A DNA stretch of 64,000 nt. Source: a bacterium (GTDB taxonomy: Bacteria; UBA8248). This document shows, piece by piece, positions 28,780 to 37,844 of the stretch. A program made the position numbers and the translations under genes. Below the pieces are notes generated by a model. It did not search any database. It was not told the origin of the DNA and saw only the letters and a program-made list of their open reading frames with translations. The stretch's first letter is position 1, and each line of letters starts with the position of its first letter. The DNA is taken from NCBI GenBank assembly GCA_963692865.2, contig OY843592.1, forward strand, positions 1,248,001-1,312,000, written 5' to 3'.

Positions 28780-29946
28780 ATGCCGCTCCTCGAGGGTCTC
28801 AAGGTCATCGACGCCAGCCAGTTCAACGCCGGCCCCATCGTATCGCTCTATCTCGCGGGCTACGGCGCCGAGGTCGTGAAGGTGGAGCGCCCCGGCGGGG
28901 AGGACAGCCGCGCCATCGGCCCCTTCAAAAACGGCGAGAGCAGTTATTTCATGAGCCTGAACCGGGGCAAGCGCTCCATCACGCTGAACCTCAAAAACCC
29001 GCAAGGCGTAGAGGTGTTCCGGAAGCTCTGCCGGGGGGCGGACGTCCTGGTGGAGAACCTCCTGCCCGGGGTGATGGACCGCCTGGGCGTCGGCTGGGAG
29101 GCTCTGAAGGCCGAGAATCCAAGGCTCGTGTACGGCGCGGTGTCCGGCTTCGGCCGGAGCGGGAAAGACGCCGCGCGCCCCGCCTTCGACAGCCTCCTGC
29201 AGGCGGCGGGCGGCCTCATCAGCGTGACGGGGCCCGCCGGCGGCGCGCCCGTGCGCGTGGGCGTCTCCATCGTCGACGTGACGAGCGGCCTCTACCTTCT
29301 CTCGGGGATTCTCACGGCCCTGTTCCGCAGGGAGCGCACCGGCGAGGGCGCCCGCGTGGACGCCTCGATGCTGGGCGCGACCGTGAACATCATGGAAAAC
29401 CCGGTGTCGCGCCACACCTTCACCGGCGAGGCGCCCGCGCCCGAGGGCCTCTCGCATCCGGTGGTCTCTCCCTTCTCGGGCTACCGCACCAAAGACGGCC
29501 TCATATACGTCGCCATCTCGAACACGAACCGCTACCGCGCTCTCGTCGAGGCCCTGGGCAGGCCCGCCCTGGCCGACGACCCGCGCTTCGCCGAGAACAG
29601 GGACCGCGTGGCGAACGACCAGGCACTGCGCGCGATTCTCGAAGATGTTCTCGCCGGGAAGACGACCGCCGAGTGGGAGGCGGCCCTGATCCCCAAGGGC
29701 GTGCCGGTGAGCGCCATCAACGACGTGGCGCGGGTGAAGGAGCGCTTCCCCGAAGCCTTCGTCGAGGTCGACCACCCCGCCGCGGGACCCGGCCTCCTGC
29801 CCGCCTCGCCCCTCGCCTTCTCGGGCGAGACGCCCGACTTCTCCCGCCCCGCGCCCCGGCTGGGCGAGCACACCGAAGAGGTGCTCGCGGAGCTCGGCTA
29901 CACTGCCGAAGAGGCGGCCCGCATGCGCGCCGAAAACGTCGTATAA
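28780..29946 (+). CDS. CaiB/BaiF family III CoA-transferase
   Basis: LEGLKVID, GAEVVKVE, NRGKRSITLNLK, ADVLVEN, SGFG, APRLGEHT. Confidence 0.94.
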   Translation: MPLLEGLKVIDASQFNAGPIVSLYLAGYGAEVVKVERPGGEDSRAIGPFKNGESSYFMSLNRGKRSITLNLKNPQGVEVFRKLCRGADVLVENLLPGVMDRLGVGWEALKAENPRLVYGAVSGFGRSGKDAARPAFDSLLQAAGGLISVTGPAGGAPVRVGVSIVDVTSGLYLLSGILTALFRRERTGEGARVDASMLGATVNIMENPVSRHTFTGEAPAPEGLSHPVVSPFSGYRTKDGLIYVAISNTNRYRALVEALGRPALADDPRFAENRDRVANDQALRAILEDVLAGKTTAEWEAALIPKGVPVSAINDVARVKERFPEAFVEVDHPAAGPGLLPASPLAFSGETPDFSRPAPRLGEHTEEVLAELGYTAEEAARMRAENVV

Positions 29947-29970
29947 CCGCTTAACTCCATTAAAAACAAA

Positions 29971-30035
29971 AAGATAAATTTTCATTTATTTATCGAAAAA
30001 CGTCATGAATTTATCCGATTTTATCCAATTTTTCA
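29971..30035 (-). repeat. AT-rich 65-bp element; inverted homolog of 18133..18197
   Basis: Gap-free manual alignment gives 51/65 identities with 18133..18197. Confidence 0.7.
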
Positions 30036-30478
30036 CTTATTTCCGGGACGCGGGAGAGGCGTTCTCGGGCGATGCGGGCGGGCTCCGGGAATCTCCGACC
30101 GGCGAAGCGCTCCGGGCGAGAGACTCCGCGTGGGCGATGCGGGGGGTCTCCGGGCAACGCTGGGGAACGAAGTCGTCTCATCGGTTTCTCCGTGTCCGGT
30201 GAGGATGCGTCCGGTTTCCGGGATGGTTGATTCGACCCGTTGTTCCTCCCGGTTCCGGAGCGATGCGCCGGGCGCGGCGTCTTTGATCCGGAGGTGTTCG
30301 ATTCCTCCTTCCTCAGTCGGGATCGACCTCCCCGATGTCGAGAACACGGGGCTTCCCCGGTCCATTGCCCGTGGCGTAGTCTGGCGCCGCGCGCGGGTTC
30401 CGCCGGACGCGCAAATGCGGGCAAATGCGCGCGAGATCGAACGCGAGTGAGGAGGAAGGAATCGAACGCGAGTGAAGA

Positions 30479-30850
30479 GAGGTTGTTGAAAACCCCTCTC
30501 CACCTCATCCTGAGTAGCGGCGAAGCCGCGTATCGAAGGTTTGGCCCGACCGGGGAGGGAGGGTCAAACGCTCGCCCCGGCGCGAGGCGTTCGACTCTCC
30601 TCGCCCTTCGATACGCCGCCTCCGGCGGCTACTCAGGGGGAGGAAAAAGGCGTCGGGGGTTTACAGGGATCGCAGACGGGGCTTTTTCAACAAGTCCATA
30701 GATGGGGCCCATGCCGGGCGGCGAAAAAAGGCCGGGGCGCATGTATGCGCGGGGCGCTCCCGAGGAGTCGGTTCCGACCGAAGAGGGAGCCGCCGCCTGC
30801 ATCCCCCCTCTCCTCAAGGGGTCAATCCCGACCAAGGCGGGAGGGATTGC
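30479..30850. repeat. REP/MITE mosaic
   Basis: ggttgttgaaaa...tttttcaacaa enclosing ctcatcctgagtagcggcgaagccgcgtatcgaagg and its inverse; further GTAG-like units. Confidence 0.75.
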
Positions 30851-30901
30851 GGTTCTCTTCTCTCTCGTCGGTTGGCGATGCCGTTCAAGTTTCGCCCCCT
30901 C

Positions 30902-30985
30902 AAGCCCCCCGGGAGTATTCACATGCTCATCGTGAACGAGAGGATCGAGATTCCCCTGCGCGAAATCCACTTCCGGTTCGCCCGC
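30902..30985 (+). pseudogene. Duplicated 5' end of arfB (RBS plus 21 codons)
   Basis: MLIVNERIEIPLREIHFRFAR versus arfB MLIVNERLKIPLREIHFTFAR; upstream aagcccccgggag also shared with 31876..31895. Confidence 0.9.
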
Positions 30986-31086
30986 GAGACGGGGGGCGCG
31001 GTCAGGCGCTCGCGTATCATCCGGCTCGTGGCGTCCGCCGGCGCGCGGCCGAACCGCGCGGGCCACGCCTTCGCCGCCGCATTCTA

Positions 31087-31620
31087 CTACGGATAGACGC
31101 CCAGGTCGCTGCGGCCCAGAAGCGCCTTGCCCACTTTGTCGACCTGGGCCTTCGCCTCCGCGCTCAGTATCCTCGCTTTCCCGGACCCGGGGTAGTGGGT
31201 GCAGTACGCGCTCGACGGGTCCACCGTGTTCCCGTCGCCGGCCGCGACCCGCATGGGCTGGCAACCCAGCGTCTCCCACCACGCGCCCACGCTCGCATGA
31301 CCTCCTGCGCCGTAGATCGACTTGGCCGTCGCGTTCACCAGCCGCTTCGTCTCCGGGTCGAGACCCGCGTAGGGCTTCTTCGCCGCCTGCGCCTGCGCCG
31401 GGGTCGCGCCGTCGCCGAACAGCGACGCCACCATCTCGTCCGGGGTCAGCACGTTCCACCACCGCATCGCGTAGGGGACGTCCGGCGGGGGGGTCTGAGC
31501 CGGCGCGGTCTGCGCCGCAGCGAACGTAGCCAGCACGAGCACCGCCGCCGCCAACAGCGCGCGGGACCACCTGGCGGACAGCAAACGGGCGGCTTCGTAT
31601 TTTTGATGTTTCATTTTCAT
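31087..31620 (-). CDS. Exported hypothetical protein with two Trp-Trp motifs and a Cys pair
   Basis: RBS ggag; long signal peptide ending AAA-Q; WWNVLT and WWETLGC; GC-rich codon usage. Confidence 0.75.
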   Translation of the reverse strand: MKMKHQKYEAARLLSARWSRALLAAAVLVLATFAAAQTAPAQTPPPDVPYAMRWWNVLTPDEMVASLFGDGATPAQAQAAKKPYAGLDPETKRLVNATAKSIYGAGGHASVGAWWETLGCQPMRVAAGDGNTVDPSSAYCTHYPGSGKARILSAEAKAQVDKVGKALLGRSDLGVYP

Positions 31621-31895
31621 CTGTCGTCTCCTTTTTTCGCTGCGCTCGACCCCTGGCCGGTGCGTCGCCGCATCGTTTCGGACGCAGGGAACAAACGCGC
31701 GGGGCCGCGCGTGCGCCCCTCCCGGCGGAACGGCCGGAGGCTCGTGCTCGTAGATTGATTATCCGATTTGATTGATGATGTCGTTTCGAATATACATCGA
31801 AGCGATCGTTTCGTCCATCATCATTTACGTGAAGGAACGACGGAGAACCCGCCTTCCGCAGCCGCCGCCCAACCGAAGCCCCCGGGAGGATCCAC

Positions 31896-32312
31896 GTGCT
31901 CATCGTGAACGAGAGGCTCAAGATTCCCCTGCGCGAAATCCACTTCACCTTCGCGCGCGCGGGGGGCCCCGGCGGGCAGCGCGTGAACAAGACCTCGACC
32001 AAGGCGGTGCTGCGCTGGAACATGGCGGCGTCTTCGAGCGCGCCCGAGGACGTGAAGGCGAGGCTCCGGGCGCGCCACCCGCGGCGCGTGACGGCGGACG
32101 GCTGCGTCGTCATATCGAGCAGCCGCTTCCGCGATCAGGGCCGAAACGTCGCCGACTGCCTCGAGAAACTCCGCGCCGCCCTGGCCGAAGCCTCACTCCC
32201 CCCGAAGCCGCGCCGCCCCACGCGCCCCACCCGCGCATCCGCCGAGAAACGCCTCCAGGACAAGCGCGAACGGGGCGAGAAGAAGAAGTTGAGGGGGAAG
32301 GTGGGGGAGTGA
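31896..32312 (+). CDS. arfB: Alternative ribosome-rescue peptidyl-tRNA hydrolase ArfB (YaeJ)
   Basis: GGPGGQRVNK (GGQ), RDQGRN, basic tail PRRPTRPTRASAEKRLQDKRERGEKKKLR. Confidence 0.95.
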   Translation: MLIVNERLKIPLREIHFTFARAGGPGGQRVNKTSTKAVLRWNMAASSSAPEDVKARLRARHPRRVTADGCVVISSSRFRDQGRNVADCLEKLRAALAEASLPPKPRRPTRPTRASAEKRLQDKRERGEKKKLRGKVGE

Positions 32313-32359
32313 GGGGATGTCTTGCGTATGGTATCCATCAGGATGAACGTGTTCGAGGG

Positions 32360-32455
32360 ATGGGAATGATCCGCGAACTCACGAGCAAAAAACGCACCCG
32401 CCTGCTCGGTTACAAGCAGTATCTTTCAATACTGACGGAGGGAACGGAGATATGA
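32360..32455 (+). pseudogene. C-terminal remnant of a Fic-family protein
   Basis: GMIRELTSKKRTRLLGYKQYLSILTEGTE resembles the C-terminal HTH ending of long Fic proteins; no upstream Fic sequence. Confidence 0.6.
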
Positions 32456-32613
32456 GCTTCATCGTATATTAGGTTGCCAAGGACCAATCACCATGATTCT
32501 TCATGTCTTGGGGCATAATTTGTATAGCTATTTGGTTCCATGTATTCTTTGAGGGTTTGAATCATATGTTTAGATTCAGCGTTGCTGCCTTTGTGGACGC
32601 GATTTAACTTTGG

Positions 32614-33696
32614 ATGAGCGCTCTTGGAAGGTATGGACCCTTGCTGCAAACTCTCCATCTGAAAGATTTTACTGTCTTTGGCAAAAGCCGGTTAAATTTT
32701 TCATCCGGTCTGAATGTCATCATCGGTGAAAACGGGTTGGGGAAAACGCATCTCCTTAAGCTTCCTTACGCGGCTATGGCTGTGAGCGCGGAACTCGGGC
32801 AGAATCCTCTTCATTCGCAACCCTCTAAAACGCTTCTTCAGCCACGTATGGCGCAGAAGCTCGTAGATGTTTTTCGAGCTGAGTCCTTGGGCCGTCTGGC
32901 GCGCCGCCAGCAAGGTCGAAACCGATGTGAAGTGCGGGTTGGATTTAATAATTCTCGATGGAACATGAATTTCAGTTTCGCCACGAACAGCAAGTCGGAA
33001 GTAGTTGTCGAACGTATTCCATCAGAATGGATCGACAAGGCGCCTGTTTTTCTGCCGACACGAGAACTGCTGGCAATCTACCCGGGTTTCGTTTCACTTT
33101 ATGAGAGTCGTCATCTGGAATTCGAAGAAACTTGGCGGGATACATGCGCATTACTTGGCGCGCCTGCGTTAAGGGGGCCGACGGCCCATAGAATAGCTCA
33201 AGTCTTGAAGCCGCTTGAAGATGAAATGGGCGGCCCAATCGTTTTGGAAAAAACCGGCCGCTTTTATCTCAAACAACCGGGCGTCGGGAACATGGAAATG
33301 TCGCTCGTAGCCGAAGGACACCGCAAACTCGCGATGCTCGCCCGGTTGATCGCAACAGGTTCATTGCTCGACAAAGGTTGTCTGTTCTGGGATGAACCGG
33401 AGAGCAATTTGAATCCGAAGCTGATTCGGGAAGTCGCCTATGCAATCCTCCACGTTTGCAGAAATGGGGTGCAAGTCATCATAGCGACGCACAGTCTTTT
33501 TCTCTTGCGGGAATTGGAGATGTTCTTGAAAAAAGAAGAATTCAAAGAGATTGGGCAACGATACTTTGCAATTGGGAAGAACGACGAGAGTGTCGTTGTT
33601 GAGCAGAGTGAATCCATTGATGATATTGAACCGTTGACGATGTTGGATGAGGAAATCCTGCAATCGGACAGGTTTTTGGAAGAATCGACTGCATGA
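32614..33696 (+). CDS. ABC/AAA_21-type ATPase
   Basis: GENGLGKT, VAEGHRK, LFWDEPESNLNP, ATHS; AT-rich. Confidence 0.92.
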   Translation: MSALGRYGPLLQTLHLKDFTVFGKSRLNFSSGLNVIIGENGLGKTHLLKLPYAAMAVSAELGQNPLHSQPSKTLLQPRMAQKLVDVFRAESLGRLARRQQGRNRCEVRVGFNNSRWNMNFSFATNSKSEVVVERIPSEWIDKAPVFLPTRELLAIYPGFVSLYESRHLEFEETWRDTCALLGAPALRGPTAHRIAQVLKPLEDEMGGPIVLEKTGRFYLKQPGVGNMEMSLVAEGHRKLAMLARLIATGSLLDKGCLFWDEPESNLNPKLIREVAYAILHVCRNGVQVIIATHSLFLLRELEMFLKKEEFKEIGQRYFAIGKNDESVVVEQSESIDDIEPLTMLDEEILQSDRFLEESTA

Positions 33697-34217
33697 CGAG
33701 TTTGATAGAGGGTAAACTGACGTTCACGTTCGATGACGACTGTGAAGTCGGAAAATATGATCAATGGTCCTTTCACCAAGAGAGTTTTCAAAGCGCTGCG
33801 GGTGGTTCGAAAGCGATTGACTTTGTGTGCGTCGGCAAAGGTGTGTCTTGGTTGATCGAAGTTACGGACTATCGAAATTACCCGCTCCCGAAACCGAGTT
33901 GTCTGAGCGACGAAGTAGCCAGGAAGGTGCGAGATACTTTAGCCGGGCTGGCGACCGCAGCAACCAATGCCGATGATGTGACTGAGAAGAAAATTGCGCA
34001 ACTCGCCTTGAGTCCAGAGCGGAAGTGGCGGGTGGCGTTGCACCTGGAGCAATCTGATCATCGATCAAAGCTTTGGCGGAAAATGCCCGATTCATCCAAG
34101 CTGTTGATAAAGCTCAGGAAGAGATTGAGATTTGTCGACTCAGGTGCTTACATTGTTAGTACCCAATGCTCATTCCCGGACATAAAATGGAGAGTAAAGG
34201 ATGAGCAAGAGGGTTAG
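33693..34217 (+). CDS. Small PD-(D/E)XK-like partner protein
   Basis: ATGA overlap with ATPase; KAIDF...LIEVTDY, KVRDTL. Confidence 0.72.
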   Translation: MTSLIEGKLTFTFDDDCEVGKYDQWSFHQESFQSAAGGSKAIDFVCVGKGVSWLIEVTDYRNYPLPKPSCLSDEVARKVRDTLAGLATAATNADDVTEKKIAQLALSPERKWRVALHLEQSDHRSKLWRKMPDSSKLLIKLRKRLRFVDSGAYIVSTQCSFPDIKWRVKDEQEG

Positions 34218-34366
34218 CTGCTTGCTCTGCTATTCGGGAAGTGGGTAGGAGTAATAGGGAAATTCAGTTCGGTTTTCCATGGCCTCCTCCACTACTCAAC
34301 CTCCCCCCCCACCCTTGACGGCGAAATCCCCCACCGAACCTTGCGCGGCAAGGACCCCCATTCACG

Positions 34367-34411
34367 AAACGCGCCGAGAAGAAAGAACGCAGGAGGAAGG
34401 TGGAGGGGTAG
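34367..34411 (+). pseudogene. Degenerate copy of the arfB 3' end
   Basis: aaacgcgccgagaagaaagaacgcaggaggaaggtggaggggtag = KRAEKKERRRKVEG-stop versus arfB ERGEKKKLRGKVGE-stop. Confidence 0.65.
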
Positions 34412-34513
34412 TCAGGCGCTCGGCGCCTCTGATTGCAGAGTGAGTATTCGTACGGCAGCAAGCCCAGCGACACGCTCGTTGTTGTGATCGGTGAGTGCGA
34501 GGCTCAGCACTCT

Positions 34514-34596
34514 CCACCCGCGCATCCGCCGAGAAACGCCTCCAGGACAAACGCGAACGCGCCGAGAAGAAGAGGTTGAGGGGGAAGGTGGGGTAG
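34514..34596 (+). pseudogene. Duplicated 3' end of arfB
   Basis: 80 bp matching 32227..32306 with 4 mismatches, then a TAG stop. Confidence 0.93.
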
Positions 34597-34712
34597 GGGT
34601 GTGTGTTTTTCCTTGATCGATTTGACACGCAACAGGTAGACTCACGCTCCGCCCAGGTTTCTCTTCCGAGTGCGAATTGTGAAAGTACTAGGAAATTTTT
34701 AGGAGTCTACTT

Positions 34713-35684
34713 TTGCCTAATATCCATTGTTTAACCGTTGGGCAGGGAGATTGCACGCTGATTGAACATGGTTCGGGTCGTGTTTCCATGATCGACATTT
34801 GTGGTGGTAACACTGAACGAATAAGTGCTCAATCGCGAACTCACTCGCTTTTAGAGAATGTTAAAGGCAACTTTCGTATGTGCAACTCACCAACGAATCC
34901 GCTGGATTATCTTAAGGAAAACGGCCTCACAAGTATTTGGAGATTCATTTCGACTCACCCTGATATGGATCACCTAGACGGTTTCGACGCTCTTATGAAT
35001 TCGTTTCCTGTACTGAATTTTTGGGATCAAGGTGCAAGAAGAGAGAAACCAGATTTCGCTCGCTCTCCTTTTAAGGAAGCTGATTGGGATAGATACGTCA
35101 AAGTGCGGGATGGTGAAGAAAATGGTACGCGTGTCGTGAAGGTTAAACAGGGTAGCCAATTTAAATATGCAAACCAAGATGACAAATCCGGTCATGGAGA
35201 CTGTATAACCATATGCGCCCCTTCTGATCAGTTGGTTGAAAAATGCAACGACTCTCAAGACTTCAATGATGCTTCTTATATTATTGTCTACAATGCTCGT
35301 GGCGGAAAAATTGTACTGGCTGGAGACGCGGATGATGATGGGTGGAAATGCGCGATTGATAAATACGGGGAACTTCTTAGGGATGTAGGTTTTTTATTGG
35401 CTCCCCATCATGGGAGAGATAGCGATCGTGATCGGTCGTTCCTCGATCACTTAAAACCACGATTTTCGTTGTTAGGATGTGCTCCATCTGAGCATCTCGC
35501 ATACGATGCGTGGAGAAATCGGAATCTAGCGTATGCCACGCAAAATCAATGCGGGAACATTGTTGTAGATGCGGGAGGTGATGATCTCAGTATTTATATC
35601 GAGAATGATACATTTGCAGAAAAAGCTGGAGGAGACACATCAAAAACAAACGAACAAGGTTACTACTTTCTTGGTGCTTTTTAG
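34713..35684 (+). CDS. Stand-alone ComEC/Rec2-type MBL-fold metallohydrolase
   Basis: TTG start after aggag; VGQGDC, STHPDMDHLDG, NDAS, LAGD, APHHGR; AT-rich. Confidence 0.88.
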   Translation: MPNIHCLTVGQGDCTLIEHGSGRVSMIDICGGNTERISAQSRTHSLLENVKGNFRMCNSPTNPLDYLKENGLTSIWRFISTHPDMDHLDGFDALMNSFPVLNFWDQGARREKPDFARSPFKEADWDRYVKVRDGEENGTRVVKVKQGSQFKYANQDDKSGHGDCITICAPSDQLVEKCNDSQDFNDASYIIVYNARGGKIVLAGDADDDGWKCAIDKYGELLRDVGFLLAPHHGRDSDRDRSFLDHLKPRFSLLGCAPSEHLAYDAWRNRNLAYATQNQCGNIVVDAGGDDLSIYIENDTFAEKAGGDTSKTNEQGYYFLGAF

Positions 35685-35699
35685 TCAGCACAAGTATTC

Positions 35700-36506
35700 T
35701 TAGTAAGGACCCCAACTGTCCGGTCTAAAATTAAAACTGAAGTTACCGTCTCTGCGCGTAGTCAACACGTATCTTGTATCGCCCCGGAAAGGTCCACCCT
35801 TCGCCACTTCGTTGTAGAAATCTGTCGTTTCCTGTGTTTGGAAGCCTTTGTGTTTATCCGAGATAACAACATAGTAAGGTTTGCAGAGACCATGAGCGAA
35901 AATATCCTTACATATTCCGCTCGCGCGGCCGTGGTGTGATGCAAATAGAACTAACACTTCGGATAGTCGGTCTCGAAATGATGGATTCTGTAAAAGTTTC
36001 GACCACCCATCCGCCTCCATGTCCCCTGGGAAGAGGATTGTCTTTCCGTAAACGGAGATAAAAGTTGCCAAACTCAGGTTGTTTTCGTCTTTGAAATCAG
36101 ACGGATAACTGTTACTGAACATTGAAATATTCAGCGATCCGAAATCTACTTCACCAGGGTTTATAAATACATTTTCCAGCTCATAAACCAAACGCCTGAT
36201 TCCTGGGCCCATTCCCTCCTTGGACTTCATGTGACGTATGGCATTTGTTGATACTCTTCCGTTGCGATAAATAAAATTCACATGCACTTTGTCGATAAGA
36301 TTTGGAAATCCACTCACATGATCTTCATCATAATTTGTAACGATTAGAGCTTCAATTTCTCTGATTTGCCTTGCTGCTAAAAAGTTACCAGGCTTCCAAT
36401 CAGTGGTGGAGTTGTGCCCGCAGTCGATCATTACATATCTTCCATCGTCGGTTGTTATAAGTGCACAAGCTCCATGCTCAACATTAAAGACTTCAAGTAG
36501 CATCAC
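35700..36506 (-). CDS. Second ComEC/Rec2-type MBL-fold metallohydrolase
   Basis: NVEHGAC, IDCG, TNYDEDHVSG, ENNLS, FPGD, ASHHGR. Confidence 0.85.
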   Translation of the reverse strand: MMLLEVFNVEHGACALITTDDGRYVMIDCGHNSTTDWKPGNFLAARQIREIEALIVTNYDEDHVSGFPNLIDKVHVNFIYRNGRVSTNAIRHMKSKEGMGPGIRRLVYELENVFINPGEVDFGSLNISMFSNSYPSDFKDENNLSLATFISVYGKTILFPGDMEADGWSKLLQNPSFRDRLSEVLVLFASHHGRASGICKDIFAHGLCKPYYVVISDKHKGFQTQETTDFYNEVAKGGPFRGDTRYVLTTRRDGNFSFNFRPDSWGPY

Positions 36507-37218
36507 TCTCCCCGTCGTTGGTATTAGTAGTTGAATATGCGAAAGTGCGTAGCACTTCAGCAGCGAAAGCGCTGTAAAATTTCAGAAATCGGCTGAATAG
36601 ACCGACTGCCAAAATCAAAGCAAAAACCGTCAAATAGCTAGGCCCCAATTCACCATCTTTAGGTGTTTTCCCTAAGAACAGGCAGACCGTGATTAGTGCT
36701 GTGAACGCTACATTCCGGTTTAGGCCATATTGATTTCTAAATATGTCCATCCGCTGTCGAGCGTCTTCGTTCTGTCTTGCAACTGTAAATGCCACTCCAA
36801 ATACTGTTTCAGGATCAGATACGAGTTCATCGACGCTCTTTTTGTTAGCTGCGGCGGCTTTCTGCAGAATTACATCGCGAGTGGCCTTTGGAAGAGGCTC
36901 ATAGTAACGCCCCACTACACACCGGGCTATGAACTTGTCAATTCTTCGCATTGGAGCAGCACCGATCATCAATGCGGTCGGAGGCCGTAGGACACGCCTA
37001 GCGAGCCAGTGTTCAAATAGAATTGAAGCGGGTATGGCGGCAATCTGTCCGGTAAAGTAGGCTATGGCTACAGCCAGCACGATCTCCACGAACGTCCAAT
37101 TCTGGCGAATCATCATGATGCTGTCGTAGAAGACATAATCGACAGCAAAAAGTAGAATAAATCCGTTGGCTAGGTAACCGTAGAAGTCATAGTCTGTAAA
37201 CGGAAACCAATCCTTCAA
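36493..37218 (-). CDS. Hypothetical membrane protein (about 4 TM), overlapping the downstream MBL gene
   Basis: TTG start after ggag; two N-terminal and two C-terminal hydrophobic segments; 14-nt overlap with 35700..36506. Confidence 0.75.
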   Translation of the reverse strand: MKDWFPFTDYDFYGYLANGFILLFAVDYVFYDSIMMIRQNWTFVEIVLAVAIAYFTGQIAAIPASILFEHWLARRVLRPPTALMIGAAPMRRIDKFIARCVVGRYYEPLPKATRDVILQKAAAANKKSVDELVSDPETVFGVAFTVARQNEDARQRMDIFRNQYGLNRNVAFTALITVCLFLGKTPKDGELGPSYLTVFALILAVGLFSRFLKFYSAFAAEVLRTFAYSTTNTNDGESDAT

Positions 37219-37472
37219 TTGTTAGCTCCATATTGAACGTGCGAAGGTCTACTAGTTCATGAAAGAAATCTGCGCTTCTCGCACCCCCTATCGACCTAAC
37301 CCCCCGTCGAACCTTGCGCAACGGCAAAAGCGGCTTTCCGCTTGACCTGTTCGATTTCCGAAAGATAGATTTCGCATTATACATGATCGTGCTTATTGGC
37401 ATTCATATTTTGTAGGGGCCGTTCGCGAACGGCCCGATTGCTCTTTAGTTGTGAGTTCCGGGAGGAGAGGTA

Positions 37473-37844
37473 TTGGGCGTCGGCTTTGAGGAAATGCTGG
37501 AGCAGATACGCGCCGTCTCCGATTCTGAGTACGAAAAGGGCCGGCATTTCGAGCGGGTGATAAAGAAGTTCTTCACCGAAGACCCGCTTTACCGGGATCG
37601 CTTCTCGAACGTCTGGCTCTGGCCCGAATGGGCGGCGCAGCGGCTTGGTTTCGACGGAAGCGATACCGGAATCGACCTCGTGGCCGAGGAGCGCGAAGGC
37701 GGCTACTGCGCCGTTCAGTGCAAGTGCTACGCGCCCGACACGCGAATCTCGAAGCCGCACCTCGACTCGTTCATCTCCGCCTCCGCCCGCGACCCCTTCA
37801 CCGCCCGCATCGTGAACGGCCAGCCTCCCGCCATCGACCCGTAG
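37473..37844 (+). pseudogene. N-terminal Mrr-like nuclease fragment of a type ISP restriction-modification enzyme
   Basis: EKGRHFE, VWLWPEW, DTGIDLVA...AVQCKCY, LDSFISAS; ends after ~120 aa with no helicase or MTase; flanked by ggccgttcgcgaacggcc REPs. Confidence 0.8.

Noticed and set aside
30011-30030. DnaA boxes or oriC (ttatccgat, ttatccaat)
   Set aside because: Two to three mismatches to TTATCCACA, only two boxes, no origin-linked genes; better explained by the 65-bp repeat
31772-32455. 227-aa ORF overlapping arfB
   Set aside because: Alternative frame of arfB; only its last ~31 codons look real (Fic remnant)
32313-34513. Classical prophage or integrative element between attL and attR in arfB
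   Set aside because: No integrase or phage genes, only 2.2 kb, and the repeats are diverged and present in more than two copies
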